This document shows positions 1 through 24,600 of a stretch of 64,000 nucleotides of DNA, piece by piece. Within the stretch, counting starts at the first letter, position 1, and each line of letters starts with the position of its first letter. The DNA comes from Bugula neritina (lineage: Eukaryota > Animalia > Bryozoa), in contig OZ037772.1 of assembly GCA_964035545.1 (NCBI GenBank), forward strand, positions 6,866,889 to 6,930,888, written 5' to 3'. The notes under the pieces were generated by a model, which saw only the letters and a program-made list of their open reading frames with translations, was not told the DNA's origin and did no database searches. A program made the position numbers and the translations under genes.

Positions 1-3000
1 CTATGTAGCAATGCCTAATGTAGCTGTCAAGCTTCTACTTATACTCATTTTACTGATGCTTTACTTCTGATTACATGATTACAAACATAGCAGTTCCAAC
101 AAAATTATTTTAGATAGGAATAAATATAATGCTCCTAGCAAATGTTGTAAAACTAGTTTCCAAAAACATATACTTTGCAAACAAACTCTTCAGAAAGTTA
201 TAATGCATTTATCATATTATTGTTTCATTTAAAAGTTATAATGATAGAATATTATACTTAAAACACACCCAAATCTTTAGATTCTTGTAATACTGTTAAA
301 CAAGAGTTAACAGTAAGATTGGCTGTAGAGTAGAATGTTTAGCTCTTTGTACTGAAGCTAACAAGTAACTGGCATTAAAAAGAGATGTAGATAAAAAGTG
401 ACAGAATAACAACTGGCTTGTATATTGGTAGTGCAAATCTCATCTCATCTCATCTAATTAATCTCACTCGGAGCGCTTTGGCTCCTTTATCGAGATGCAG
501 TGGTGTACGAACAATTGTTTAGATTATCAGTAGTAAGGAAGAAAACTATTTTGTCTACGAGATAAGAATATAGTTAATTATGCTTCGATTCAAAGCTCAA
601 TAGCTAGCTACTGCCAGGAGAGAAAGAAAAAAAGAAAAAAGAAAGAAAAAAAAAAAAAAAAGTAAATAAATAAATAGATATACACCGCACAGCTTCAGAT
701 GATATAAAGCAGAGTCGGTGTTAAGTGCTTATAATCAGTTAGGCAAAGCAGCTAGAATCATAGCTGTATATGACAGTTTAAACAAATACCCATTAGAATA
801 AATGGTAACCCAGTACTTAAAATGTGGTATGTCATAATACATATTTGTGGTGTATTAACTAGGCTAGATCAACACATAGCACTATATAATTGCTTTAGTA
901 TTTACAATTAGTTTGTGGTCTGGTGGGATTTGTTGATAGCCATTGTCTTTATTAACATAACAGTTTCATAAAATTAGCAGTTTTCCTTATTCACCTAGTT
1001 AATTTTTAAGATTTATGTACAATATTTACATATTAGGATATAAAAAATATCTTCAACCAGTGAATATCAAAATAATGATTAAAGACATATTTTATGTCAT
1101 ATTCTTGTGGCAATCTAAATAATAAGCTGGTCTAAATTGTACTTGTGCAAACAGAACCAGCTCATGAATATATGTTGTCTTTTTTTAACTTGACAGTTAA
1201 TCTAATATGGATGTGTATTTTATACTTGCTTTTGTGTTTAAGGTGATAAAATTGCACTGGTAAGGTAAATAAACGTTGCTTGTTTGGCATGCTTTTGCGT
1301 GGCATTGCATATTATGCTAAACTAATGGCCAGTTTTGCAGTAGCTTCACCATAACCTTCAAAAGAATGCAAATATCATCTAATTATTGTAAGCTTTTTAA
1401 GTTAACTTGACTAGCTATAAACACATGTAAAACTATTAGGCTATTCCAATTTCACGATATACATAGCTCTATAATTCTGAAAAACTGCTATAGGTAGAGT
1501 GGAAATTAAACATGATCTATTCATTGCTAAAGTATTACAGCTATGAATAATATATATGTGATTACCTGAGTGATATCACAATCTTCACTTGCTAAGTTAG
1601 TTTAAATACAGGAAAAAAATTAATCTGGGGAAAGATTATATATGAGAAGCTGTTTTTGTAATAATTCCCGGCTCTAGGGTGGTTTAGAAGAATTGTTTTA
1701 AAGCAAAACTTTTGCATACATGAGTTGAATAAAATCATTGAGAGTTTTATGAAGGTCTATTTGTGTATAGGTAGCCCTATGTCACAACTCAAGTTTTTAG
1801 ATTTTATGTAATTTGTGGTGCAAAGTTGCAAATAAAAACCTTATTTTAATAACACTTAGACATATGCAAGCAATAAAGATAATGAAAAAAATGCTATAGT
1901 TGCTAATTAGCTAATATTACTTGCATATGATGCAAATATTTGTATGCATGCATGTTTAGTTTATTAGCATTGGTTAGATATAATTGAATATATAGATTTG
2001 ATGTGGAAATTGAAGAAAATCAATATGTTGTGTTCTATATACAACAACAGTTTTTACATTGGTTTGTTAATTACTTCATAAATCATTTATTACTTCATGC
2101 AATATTTGTTCCTGCAATTTTGCAGAGTGGCAAAATGCATTTCAAAGACATATATTAAGTGATTTTAATTATACTAGAATTTTCAAACTAAGAATTTTTG
2201 GGGAGTTTTCTTCTTCCTAAGACATATGTGGCAATTGAACACATGATAAGTGGTGGGCCACAACTCCTTTATACAACCTTGCAAGAAATTATGCAGCCAT
2301 TTAAATAGAAAAGGAATTATTGAATTTATTTATTCAACATTATTAGTATTTTATAAATATTTGTTGCATTTAATTAATGAGCATAAAATTTGTCTTACAA
2401 ATACTGTAATTAACAGCATGGTAAAAATATATTATATATACTGGAATATATTTTGTATTGTATTAGATTTAGGCTACATTTCTAATTAAAATGAGTTAAT
2501 GGCTAAGTTTAAATATCTTCGACTTATAGATTACATTTTTATGTGCTATAAAAATTTAACTCGTTTGTTACGACATTTCTCCATGCATAAAAGCAAAACC
2601 TACGGCAAGAAATCCTTAGCTAGAAAGATAAATAATAATTTACTTTAATTACATCAAAAGCTAATATCAGCAAGCATTCTATAAATAATGGTAATTTACC
2701 TAGTGTAATTTTTCTTAAACTAGCTAAGCTTGCTTGGTACTTTAATAAGTTTATTGGCATGGTGTATTATGTTATACTTATATATTTTTAAGGCTTTAAG
2801 GAAAATGATGTTTTAGCTGTGTTATTCCTAATGCAAGCCTTATAAATTTACAATATATTATACTAAAATATTATGTTTGTAATTAGAAAGAAAACAAATT
2901 ACTTTCATAAACTTATAATTATTGCATTCTGTTATTGTTAATGCTAGAATAACAAATTGAACACGGCATATGCTTCCCTAACCAGATGCTTTTAAACGGA

Positions 3001-3539
3001 TTAAAAATAATTTGTCAATTTCTAATTATGAGGAACAAACTCCTCGATAGTTTCTACATTTGCGCATGATTTTATCAAGATAGGCTTGCTTTTGTGTCAA
3101 CCTGTAGCCAGTGCAACTATACTTTATGTAACGAGTAAAACAGACTCATTTCAAAGTACACAGTCTAAAGGGTAGGAATTACTACAAAAAAAAGTGCCGG
3201 TTAAAAGTTAATTATAATTGGAAATAAGGTGAAATATCAGTCAGAAATTAAAAAGTGTCAACTAAAAAGGTGTATTGTTATTTCTTTTTGGCCTAATGAA
3301 AATGTTTTTTTGAGGAAGAAGTACGAGAAATATCTAGGAGGGGTTCATATCCACCACTGGCGACTACCTGTTTATTGATGAAGAACTATCCAATGATAGT
3401 ACAGTATTATGGTCTTTTGCCTTATAATTGGCTTTGATTTTTTTATGTCTAATTACGAGATACTAAACAGATGCAAAGTATGTTGTGCATAGGCAGTTTT
3501 TTTATGTCTCTAAACAACATTCTAGGAAAATATATACTG

Positions 3540-13762
<10,223 letters not shown>

Positions 13763-15053
13763 GTAATGAGCTAGGCTTATGTTGAACTTAGTTTCTAATA
13801 TGCTCTATTTGCTTATATTCTCATTCATGTTGTTCAAAATTTGGATTTGTTAGCTTAAATATTCCTTTACAACTACTTTTGGTAATTATTTACTCTATTA
13901 CTTACTATATTAGATACAAGAAATTGCTCGATTATAGATGAATAAAAATTTGTTTCATTTAGTAAATTACGCTCATCAGGTCATCATGGGGAGAGAAAAA
14001 ATTGTATACTTTTAAAAAAGCAATATTAACTAGAGCGAGCTAATCATGCAGTGAAATTGGTTTCTAACATGCTATATGCTTTTCTATTTTCATTTATATT
14101 GTTCAACATTTAGATTTGTTAGCATAAGTATTTTATTTTATATCTATATGTTTAGAATGATTCATATTTTTGCAATTCTGACGACATTATTTTAAACATT
14201 CCATATAAATGTGATTTCATAAACCCTGTAAGCAATCACAAGAATAATTTTTAAATTTGATTTGCACCAATAGCACATACTTCATTGTTGCACTGATATA
14301 AACTTACATTCAATCGTATATAAGTAATTATGTTTGTGAAATAGTTAGTTGCGTATAACCAAAGCTAGTGACTAGAATAGTTATTTTTTCTAATATATAT
14401 AATATATATATATATTTTTTTTTAGCAAAAAACCTTTTAAATATTTGATGAAATTTAATAAGAAATAAAACACACAAGTTTAAAGCTAGATATGTAGCCA
14501 TTACTTGTTTTCACTGAGCTAGCTAAAACTATAGTAAGTGTTTGCAAGTAGTTTTGGTCTTAACTTATAGTAGATAGAATGTTTGCAACTGTCTATTGCT
14601 GCATGCGAATAAGAAATATATATATAACATAGCATTTCTAAACACACTATTTAAACATGGAATATTAACCGTTAATTCATAATTTACAATCTAAATGCTA
14701 TTGCATACAACTAAATTTTCTATTAGTGAATATTCAATAATTACAAGACTGGCATGGAATTTTTTTTAAAACAGTCACCAAGTGGGGTAATGGAATTATA
14801 AAGTGGGATACTATTTATGATATATCACACGCAAAAACACTCGGCAATTATTATTATTATGCATCAACGTAAAATTGCGTGTATAACCTCCTATATCACA
14901 ATAACTGTATAATATTATAACATGAGAACATAACTGCTATAATTTTGGAGATTATATAGAAATAACAACATTCAAACTAGTTGACCTATATATAATTTAT
15001 CTTAAAGAGTATTTAAGTTTTGGAATGCATTCATTTGCCCAACTGGATTTTAG

Positions 15054-15878
15054 ATCCAAAAAATAGAGAATGAAAGTCAAGACCTGATAACAAGAGTTGC
15101 AACTCACAAAGGAAAAGCGAAAAATCAGGTGGAAGATTTTTACAACAAGCTGATGCTAAAGAAAGATGGATTAGAGAAAACACAAGCTGAGGTACATCGT
15201 CTGCTGAAAGATGGTCATGTGACTGAGAAGATCAGAGAAAGGAAGAGAATAGCAGAAGAGGTGGGAAAGTATGATGCAGAAGAACTGGGTGATTGTAATC
15301 TCACCGTTCTACCAACCTTAATAGAGACAGGTGTGTGATGTTTTCAATTGACAATATCTTGGCTATAATAATTAAATAACATCTGTCAATTAGTTGGCTC
15401 TTTCAAAGTAATGACTTACAGAACTTTATTATGATACATGTTACGAACAATAAAGTAGAATGCATTTTCTATTACTACCTACATAAAATTATAATATGCT
15501 GTAAGCAGTGAATTACATTTGCACACTATATATGCTGAAAGGTCATAATTATTTCTGTGGAAGGCTGTTATTATAGACGTGCAACCATTAGTCATTATAT
15601 TCCATGTGTAGCCTCCACTGCAAAACAACGTATTTTGTGTTGAACCTTTCTTGGTAACTCGACTTAACGGTTTGTTTGGTAAAATTGAAGAAAGTGTGAA
15701 TCATTTATTATTATGCCATCTTTGTATGACAATGATCATAGTCATGCAGTGTTTTAACTGAATACTTCCTACCAAACCATTATATGCATTACTATATTAT
15801 ACTATGTGCACACGAACATAGGCGTTTAAACATATACATATACATACATACTATATATACACATATATACATGACATG

Positions 15879-15944
<66 letters not shown>

Positions 15945-18553
15945 TATATATATATATATATATATTATATATAAATATATATATATGGGTCATTTTACTT
16001 AATTTAGTACACACTGGATATCTTCAGTTTTTGGCTAATTTTCATAATTTAGCTGGTAATGAACATGGTTTTTTTGGCAAAAAGTAGTAAAACATCAATA
16101 AATACACCTGAATAATCAAAGTTCTTTTTAATTTTGCTTTATTTCCTATGTTTTTCCCTAATTACTCAGCTAGTTTTGGTTACGGACCGTTACGGTTTGT
16201 TCGTAACGGTCCGTGCATATAGAATAATAAGTGCATATGACAATGTCCTGTGCTTTAATGTTGGGGAATCCCCTCCTAACCTTCTCTGTTATGCCTAGTT
16301 CAAACCAGCACATAAAAATACCATGTATAGTAAATTTCAATGGATTTTGAGCAAACTTTAATGTTAGGTCATAATTTCCTGGTGTGTACTAAATGAAGTA
16401 AACTGACTCTCTTAACAAAGACAGTTGAACGCAGTAAAAAATTGTGTGTGTAGATTATTTGTAGAAAAATCCCAAATAAACTTGTCATTGCTCAAAAATA
16501 TACTACTTATAATACAAATATTTGTATATGCCAGCCATAAACAAGCAACAGTTGTTTAAAAAAAGTAACTCATAATATGAACAGAAGGTATGTATGACCT
16601 AGGTAGGATTGAGGCAGAAAAGTTTCTTTTCTAGCTCACATAATAATCTTCTGTAAAGTATTATAGCTTAACGTAAATTAATACCACTTAATACTCGTAT
16701 ATAACAATGTATTTATTACGCTAGTGTTTAATAAGTTGAGTTTAGCATCTTAGTTTGCAATATACAATAGAGTGCTCAAACTAAACATGGACATGTCTTC
16801 AAGACGTAGAGCTTAACAGCTTTGGTTAATCTCTATTTTGTGATTTAGTTACACTTAGCAGTAACAGCATGCTAAACTGACTTATTTATAAAGCAATTTG
16901 CCGTCTCATACTGCACCTAGTATAATAACAGATCCAGAAAAAGTTACCCAAGTTGCAATGACATAACAATGCCAGTCTATAATTGTAAAAGAGTAACGGT
17001 TTTGTGAAGTATTTTGATGATGCCACAACCTAATGACTCTATATATGTAACAGTCCTAAAATATAACAATAACAACTCTATTTTAAAACAACAAAAGTTT
17101 ATAGGAATATATTATAATGAAATCTTATACATGGTATCATATATATACCAGTGACAGCATATTATAGTTATATAAATTGGGTTAATTTTTATTTGTTCAA
17201 AATCTCAATGAACCTAAAAATTGAAAAAGCTTCCATTTCTGAAATATGATTTATATATAGATGATCAAATTTGCAAAAATTATAAAATCATAGTACGCAT
17301 TTAAAAGCAGTTTATATTGGGCATTGGTTAAATTAAATATAAAGTGGAACGTACTGCATTATAAAGTCTTACATATGCAGTAAAAAATTTCAGGTCAAGA
17401 AAAATGTAGACTGCTGAATTTCAGTCTAGTAACAGTTCCTTCTTCACTGACATTCATATCTGAACATGAGACAAATGGTCGGTGTATGGCAGCCAATCAC
17501 AGACAAGATGGTGACATACTCATAGGTACTACGAATGGAATACTGTTACTGAGTGGAGATGGTAATGAGCTGAGTGAATATAGTACAAGTGAGAAGAGAG
17601 TATCAGGAGTGATTGAGACTCTTCAGAATGTCTTCATTCTACACAGAGAAGATGACATATCTAAGGTAAAGATGTGTTTAGCTGGTGATATCACAAAGAG
17701 ACAACAACTGTTCCAGTTTGATAGAACAAGTAACAAGGTACCAGTAATGGCAGTCTCTGACAGGCATGTTGTGGCAAGTCATCCAGATACTAAACAGCTG
17801 ATAATCTATGACTTCATCACTAAACAGACAGAGACTATTCATCCTGATGTGCATCTCGTTGGTCTACACTTTCTGCCAGATGGTCATCTGCTAGGGGTTG
17901 GTAGAGGTAAACTGATGAAGTACAAAGTAGAGAATGGAAAGCTGACTGCAGTCTGGACATGTGATGGTGTAACATATGGATACAGTGTCTGTGCAGATTC
18001 TCATGGTCGCATCTATGTTTCTGGACAAAACCTGACATCCCTTTACATCATTTCTTTGTCAGGTAGTGCTTGTAACACAAATAAATTAGGAGATATTGTG
18101 CAAGGAATGTACATAAATTATGTTAAATCAAGTGAAAGCTCCTAAACACAAGAGCTGGTGAAAATAAATCGTATTGCAAACCTTAAGTCATGAATAATAC
18201 TAATTTTGTTGAATTTACCATTTATACTATATATGACATTTAGTGACTCCAGTGTACTCAATACTTTTCCTCTCTAATTTATCAAACATTTCTTAGATGA
18301 CTAAGAATTTTCTTGCTTCCTATGAATATTGCTATGCAGCATATTATGTTCTATTGCTATATAATACTTAGTGTAATTCAATATCATTACTAGTGTACTT
18401 TCTTATGTATATTAAACAGGTGCCCTTCTCAAGACACTGATGCATGATAAGTTACCAACTGTATTTGCTAGAGTACCAAGTATCAGAGATGGAATATTGG
18501 CTGTACCTGGTTGGGGAGACAAGAAATTGCATCTTTTTAAAATAGAAACCTAA
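15054..18553 (+). CDS. TRIM/RBCC paralogue B: exons 5-7 only (coiled-coil C-half + propeller); orphan 3' cassette or truncated duplicate
   Basis: Exon 5 15054-15330 (tag|ATCCAA...ACAG|gt), exon 6 17394-18062 (669 nt), exon 7 18420-18553 (..LHLFKIET*). All are open and in phase. Only ~1.3 kb of 3'-flank-like DNA separates it from the stop of copy A, and exons 1-4 are absent. Confidence 0.75.
15882..15986. repeat. (TA)n microsatellite
   Basis: TA run in intron 5 of copy B. Confidence 0.9.
15987..16409. mobile_element. ~425-bp MITE (GRG termini, Sola-like), copy 1
   Basis: Imperfect 28-bp TIR gggtcattttacttaatttagtacacac / gtgtgtactaaatgaagtaaactgactc; inverted relative to the copies at 22222 and 23823. 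Confidence 0.8.
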
Positions 18554-21500
18554 GTAATGAGCTAAGCTTATGTTGAAATTGGTTTCTAATATGCTCTATT
18601 TGCTTATACTTTCATTCATATTGTTCAAAATTTTGATTTGTTAATTTACTCAAATATTCCTTTGATAACTAATTTTTGGTACTTATACTATATTAGATAC
18701 AAGAAATCACTCATTTAGATGACTACAGATTTGTTTCGTGTAGCAAACTATCCCTTGTCAGGTCGTTATAGTTTTCCTAATTCATTTTTTATTCACATAA
18801 ACTATATTCTTGTATAACTATATTATATTTTGAATGCTTTGGCTTTTCACAAGTTGTGATGACATTCATTGCTGAACTCTGCAAGAAGCTACAGAAATGA
18901 TTTTTAAATATGATTCTAACCAATAGAACATACTTCATTGTTGGACTGATAAACTCACATTCAATCATACCTAAGTAATTATATTTGTTATGTATTGCTT
19001 TTTATATTTATTGAGCCTAATCAAAGTTGGTTTTCGAAATAATTATTTCTCGAATATATTATTTTTACCTATAATATGTTATATAACTCTACTAATATTT
19101 AAAATTTGCTCGTTTACCATAACATTGAAGCATGTATACACACATTGCATCATATTATTAATAAAAAAAATGTTATCATACTATATAGCTGTCTGTTTGT
19201 TATAATTGTTTGTTTTTTCAAATGAAGTTGACCCTTTTTTACAGGAAACTGTTTAAACATTTAATAAAAACTACAAAAAAATAAAACACACAAGTTTAAA
19301 GATAGGTATGTGGCCATTAATAATTTTCACTGAGCTAGCTAATACCATAGTATTTGTTTGCAAGAAGTTCATGTCCAGCTAGTTTTTTAAATACAATTTT
19401 TGCTAATTTGTATTGCTACTTTCAAATGAGAAATTTAAAAAAAATTTAGCTTTTCTATAGATACTATTTAAAGATGGAATACTAAATGTTTCATAATCTG
19501 TAATCTATATAATGTGATTTCATGCAACTAAATTCTTTACAGATGAATATTTAATAATCAAGACTGGCATCGGATTTTTTAAAACTGTAACTGCAAGCAG
19601 TAAAAGGCGGTGGGTTGCTACGATGGAATGATACAGTGAGATGCTATTTATGACGTCGCACAAAAAATTAAGTAATTAAGTAATCATTGTAATGTATAAT
19701 TGCGTTTATTGCCTCTTTATATCACACTAACTGCATAAATATAACATGAGAACATAACTGCTATAATTTTGGAGGTCATATATAACTAACAATATTCAAA
19801 CTAGATGACCTACGTATATTAAATAGTGCTACAGATTATATTAATACAATATCTAAAAAGTTCCTTGCTTAACACATAAAATGACTGAATTGTGAGACAT
19901 TATATTGTTAATTATAAGTCTTTTTCCACGCAGTCTGTATACTAGGTTAATAAATAAGTTTTTATGGAAAACGATGCAGCTTAAACAATATGTGTACATG
20001 ATGGTGTGAAACCACTCGTAAAGCAACTATTAATAAGTAAATGTTAGCATATAACAATAGGGATTTAAAACGTGGTGTTCTACATTGATCACCACATGCT
20101 TATTGGATATATAATATTATTATTGATCACAAGAGACCATGCAGAACCAGAAAAAGCTGCTCTGATATAAGAGGTTAATATTGATCAATAGACAGTTATG
20201 CGTAACTCAATAAGTATATACAGGCTTAGAGCTGTTAGTATAGCCTGAGTCCTGCCAATTATACCAACCCACCTTTCCCGTTGTCATAATAGATGCTATT
20301 GAGAAACAATTATACAAAGAACAGAGACTCTAACGCGTAAAGAAATGAAACTGCCTTTGACTAAACCTTTTATTTTCTATCAGTTGGCATATTGTATTGT
20401 GTTTGATATAATATAAGTTGACATGCATGTTGTAATAAAGTAAATATATAGTGCTTCAATAGGTATTACTGGTTCAACCTTAAACAACCCACTAACTTAG
20501 CAAAGTAGAGTCTATACATGCAGGCACAAACTACACATATAATTAACAAATTATAAAAGCCACACCAAGTGAGCACTTTATTAACTTAGTTGGAGCAATA
20601 ATTGTAGGTATGCAGGCTATAGTTTTAAGCCACAGTTAAAATAATTATTATTACAAAAACTATGCTAATACCAACAATGGTCTCCAAGCTCATTGTAACA
20701 CTCACAATAGTCTATATTCATGTATTTACTATGTCCAAAAGTAATTCAATGCAGATACTTTCAGCAAAAACAATACTAAATGGCAAGCTGAGAATTCCCC
20801 ATTTAGAATGAGTAAAGGCTTTTCAAATCAGTTTTATTGTTGTAGATGATTTTCCAATAAGAACCTAGCAAGATTGTAAAAGCAAAGGCTACAATGCTAT
20901 TACAAAAATGAAACTGCTTGATTTCCTCTTGACTACTTTCAATGAATGCCTGCTCAATAAATCAATATTATGTTTTATAGTATGAGATTCTAAGCCAGCT
21001 TTATTATGGTCAATGCTAGGCTTGATCAAAATATAGATTTTGGCGTATTGTGGAGTGTCGCAATAAAGCCAATAAAGCCAGAGGCTACTTACATAATATT
21101 GAGAAACAAAGGAGTCTACTGAAAGATAAGGTTGATATAAGTTGCTATAAGTTGATAAAACGAAACTGACTGCCATTTTATATGTAAGTTACTACTTCAA
21201 CTGTTTTCTGCTCCAGTATAGCTACAAGCCATCTACTGTATCACTCCACTACTTACTACTCTATTATAACTATAAATCAAATACTGTAATAATTGATTAA
21301 GAGTGGTGAGTTTAAACTTTAACATGATTTCTTTTCTATATTCTACTTGATTTCTTGTAAAATTTAGCGTTAAACTATATAGGCTCTGGTGATTGGCTAT
21401 TCATACGTGTTCCCTACAGATTGTCTATTTTATTGTTGATGTTTCATTTCTGATTTAATTTTATAAAACTATATATATAATTCTCACATCAACTATATAA

Positions 21501-21604
21501 CAGAAAACAATGATGTGTATTTTTTGCAGTCTATATAGCTTGTTTATTTCCTCTCTAAAATTTTAAAGCTACTCATCTATACTTCAAACTAAAACGTAAT
21601 CAAG

Positions 21605-24600
21605 ATGGCTGCCCAGCAACTACCAGAATGGTATGAGTGTGGTTATTGTGTCTCTAAGAGAGATGACATGAGAGATCCAAGAGAGCTGCCTTGTCAGCAT
21701 GTATTCTGTTTGAGTTGTATTCAAGGACATTACAGTAAACATAAAACTGTGACCTGCCCTATTAAAACTTGTGGGTAAGTACTATGTATATACTGATAAT
21801 GTCTCTAAAGTACTTATGTCATAGTCATACTATTAACAAAAATTTTTTTAGTTGGATTAGCAAAACTGTGTTAAACTTGAGCTACTTTGCAAAAGGCTAA
21901 AATCTACTACCAAAAACAGATAACATTTATTTCTTCAGTGACATAGAAAAATTAATTTGTTTATACAGGCTAGATAAATTTATTTACCGGATTTTCTTTT
22001 CAAATATCCACACTAATCAATTTTAGAGAAGTGTATGACTCACTGGAATTTGAGGGTTTACCAAAGGTTACCATAGCAACTGGTGACTGTAGCACTTTGT
22101 ACTGTACAGCTCGTGGATGTCAAGGTCAAATAGCTACATGTTACTGTGTGACATGCAAAGACAAGTTCTGTTCTCAGCATCAGCAGGTAAAATAATATTC
22201 TCCCTTTACCCCATTTTATATGAGTCAGTTTAATTCATTTAGTACACACCAGCAAAGTATGACCTAACATTAAAGTTTGCTCAAAATTCATTGAAATTTA
22301 CTATACATGGTATATTTATGTGCTGGTTTTAACTACGCATAACAGTAAAGGCTGGGAGGGGATTCCCCACATTAAAGCCCAAATCATTGGCATATGCACT
22401 CAATATTATTTATGTGTGACAGTTACGAAAATACCCTAACGGTCTGCAAATCCAAATTAGCTAAATAATTAAGAAAAACATGGGAAGTTAAGCAAAATTA
22501 AAAATGACCTCGACTATTTAATTGTATTTATTGACATGCTATTATAGTTTTAGGCAAAAACCCATTTATATTAGCAGCTAAATTGAGAAAAATAGCTAAA
22601 AACTGGAGATTCCGAGTGTGTAATAAATTAAGTAGAATGACTCATATATAGGGCGAGAGAAGAAATAGTATTTAAAAACTATCTATCGAGCATTTTGATA
22701 AAATATTTGAGGTTATGTTTATAATTTTGTAACAATGTTGAACAGCCATGTTAAAACTTGAAGTCTGAAAGGTAACAGCAAATAAAAAAAGTTTTTTAAT
22801 AAAGTTTTTATTTCTTATTTTACCTTTATAACAAAACATTGTTTACATAGAGAATTACTCTTGATGGTTGTTTCAAAACTTATAGCTGACTAAATTTTTC
22901 AATATTCAATTCATAGAATTTTTTTCTCTTTCAAATGTATAAGAGTTATACTTTAACAAAGCAAAGTTAGGTTGAGTCCATCAAACAGCAGTTTTACCCC
23001 TTATATCTTCATTTAAATTCTTCCCATATCAGCTGAAACAAGTATCTTTTAGATCAAGTTTATTCTGTTGGTTTTAAATGAAATGTTTAGCTTTTGCAGC
23101 ATATGATGCTTGAAGCAGAATGCAACTTTGACAGAATTTTTTGAAATATAGAATGTGCACTAAGTTATAGTAAGTCATTGACTGCACATGACAATTACAC
23201 GTGCGAATTATACAATACACCTAATGTCTCAAGTGATCATATGACTATAGCACAGACATTTAAAAAAGAAATCTGGTTTCTAACAGCGTTACTAAAAATG
23301 TTATCTTGTCATTCTAGGCACACAAAACACTTCACAATGACGTTCACAAAGTGGTGGACATTGATGTCTACAAGAAATCATCTGCTAGTTATAATAAGCC
23401 GACTTGTGAACAACATCAAGAGGTTCTAGTGAGAGCTTGTCAGAAATGTGACAAACTGATCTGCTTTGAATGTGAGATTGATGGAGAAGACTGCACAGGT
23501 AATATTTGGTAGTTCACTGTTGAAAGCTTATTTCTAAAGAACACTTCTTACCGAAGTGTATCACTACATTCCTATAGCTTCGAATGGAGCCGTATGGGTG
23601 CTGATATATATGTATTCGTGATTGCAGTTCGTATTAACTTATGACTGTGGCTTCATTAGGCGCAACTGTTTTCAAAATTGCACAAAAATTTGCATAATGT
23701 GAAACTTGAAATTATCGTGATGCTTAAAACCATTAAGTTCTCCTCTATTTTCCAATGATAATATGACAAGTTTTCACATGATCTTGTAGTCACAAAATGA
23801 TCAACAATTTAGTCCTCAAAGTGAGTCAGTTTACTTCATTTAGTACACACCAGCAACTTATGACCTAACATTAAAGTTTGCTCAAAATCAAATGAAATTT
23901 ACTATACATGCTATTTCTATGTGCTGGTTTTAACTACGCATAACAGAAAAGGCTGGAAGGGGATTCCCAAACATTAAAGCACAGGTCAATGGCATATGCA
24001 CTTAATATTCTATATGTGCGACCGTTACGAAAAAACCGTAACAGTCCGTAACCAAAACTAGCTGAATAATTAGGGAAAAACATAGGAAATGAAGCAAAAT
24101 TAAAAAGAACTTTGATTATTTAATTGTATTTATTTGTGTTTTACTAGTTTTGGCCAAAATACCATGTTAATTACCAGCTAAATTGTGAAAAATAGCCAAA
24201 AACTGAAGATATCCAGTGTGTACTAATAAATTAAGTAAAATGACCCAAGTAAAAATGGTTTGGCTTATCTTTTAAGATTATTTAGTCATTCTATGTATCC
24301 ATGATAGAATTATTCAAATTTTTAAACAATTATTTTATTTATTCATTGATTATTACTTATAATCACTTGAACAAGGCTCATATACTGTTGTTTTATAATT
24401 AAATAGTATTTTCCAGTTTTAACATCTGACTGAACAAAACTAACTCAACACTTGAGAGTCCATTGTTGTTAATTGGTTATAGCAAATGTGGAGTTTATTC
24501 TAAACTATAATGTACAATGCAATGGGCTACTCAAATGTAGGAATAAAAATGATTTAGTAAACGTAATAACAGATAACTGCTGCCCGATCTTAATTCAAAT

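Noticed and set aside
1-3484. Exons 1-3 of copy A, or the 79-aa ORF at 2250-2489
   Set aside because: No RING/B-box sequence found. The ORF is short, AT-rich and motif-less, and the region looks intronic or TE-derived.
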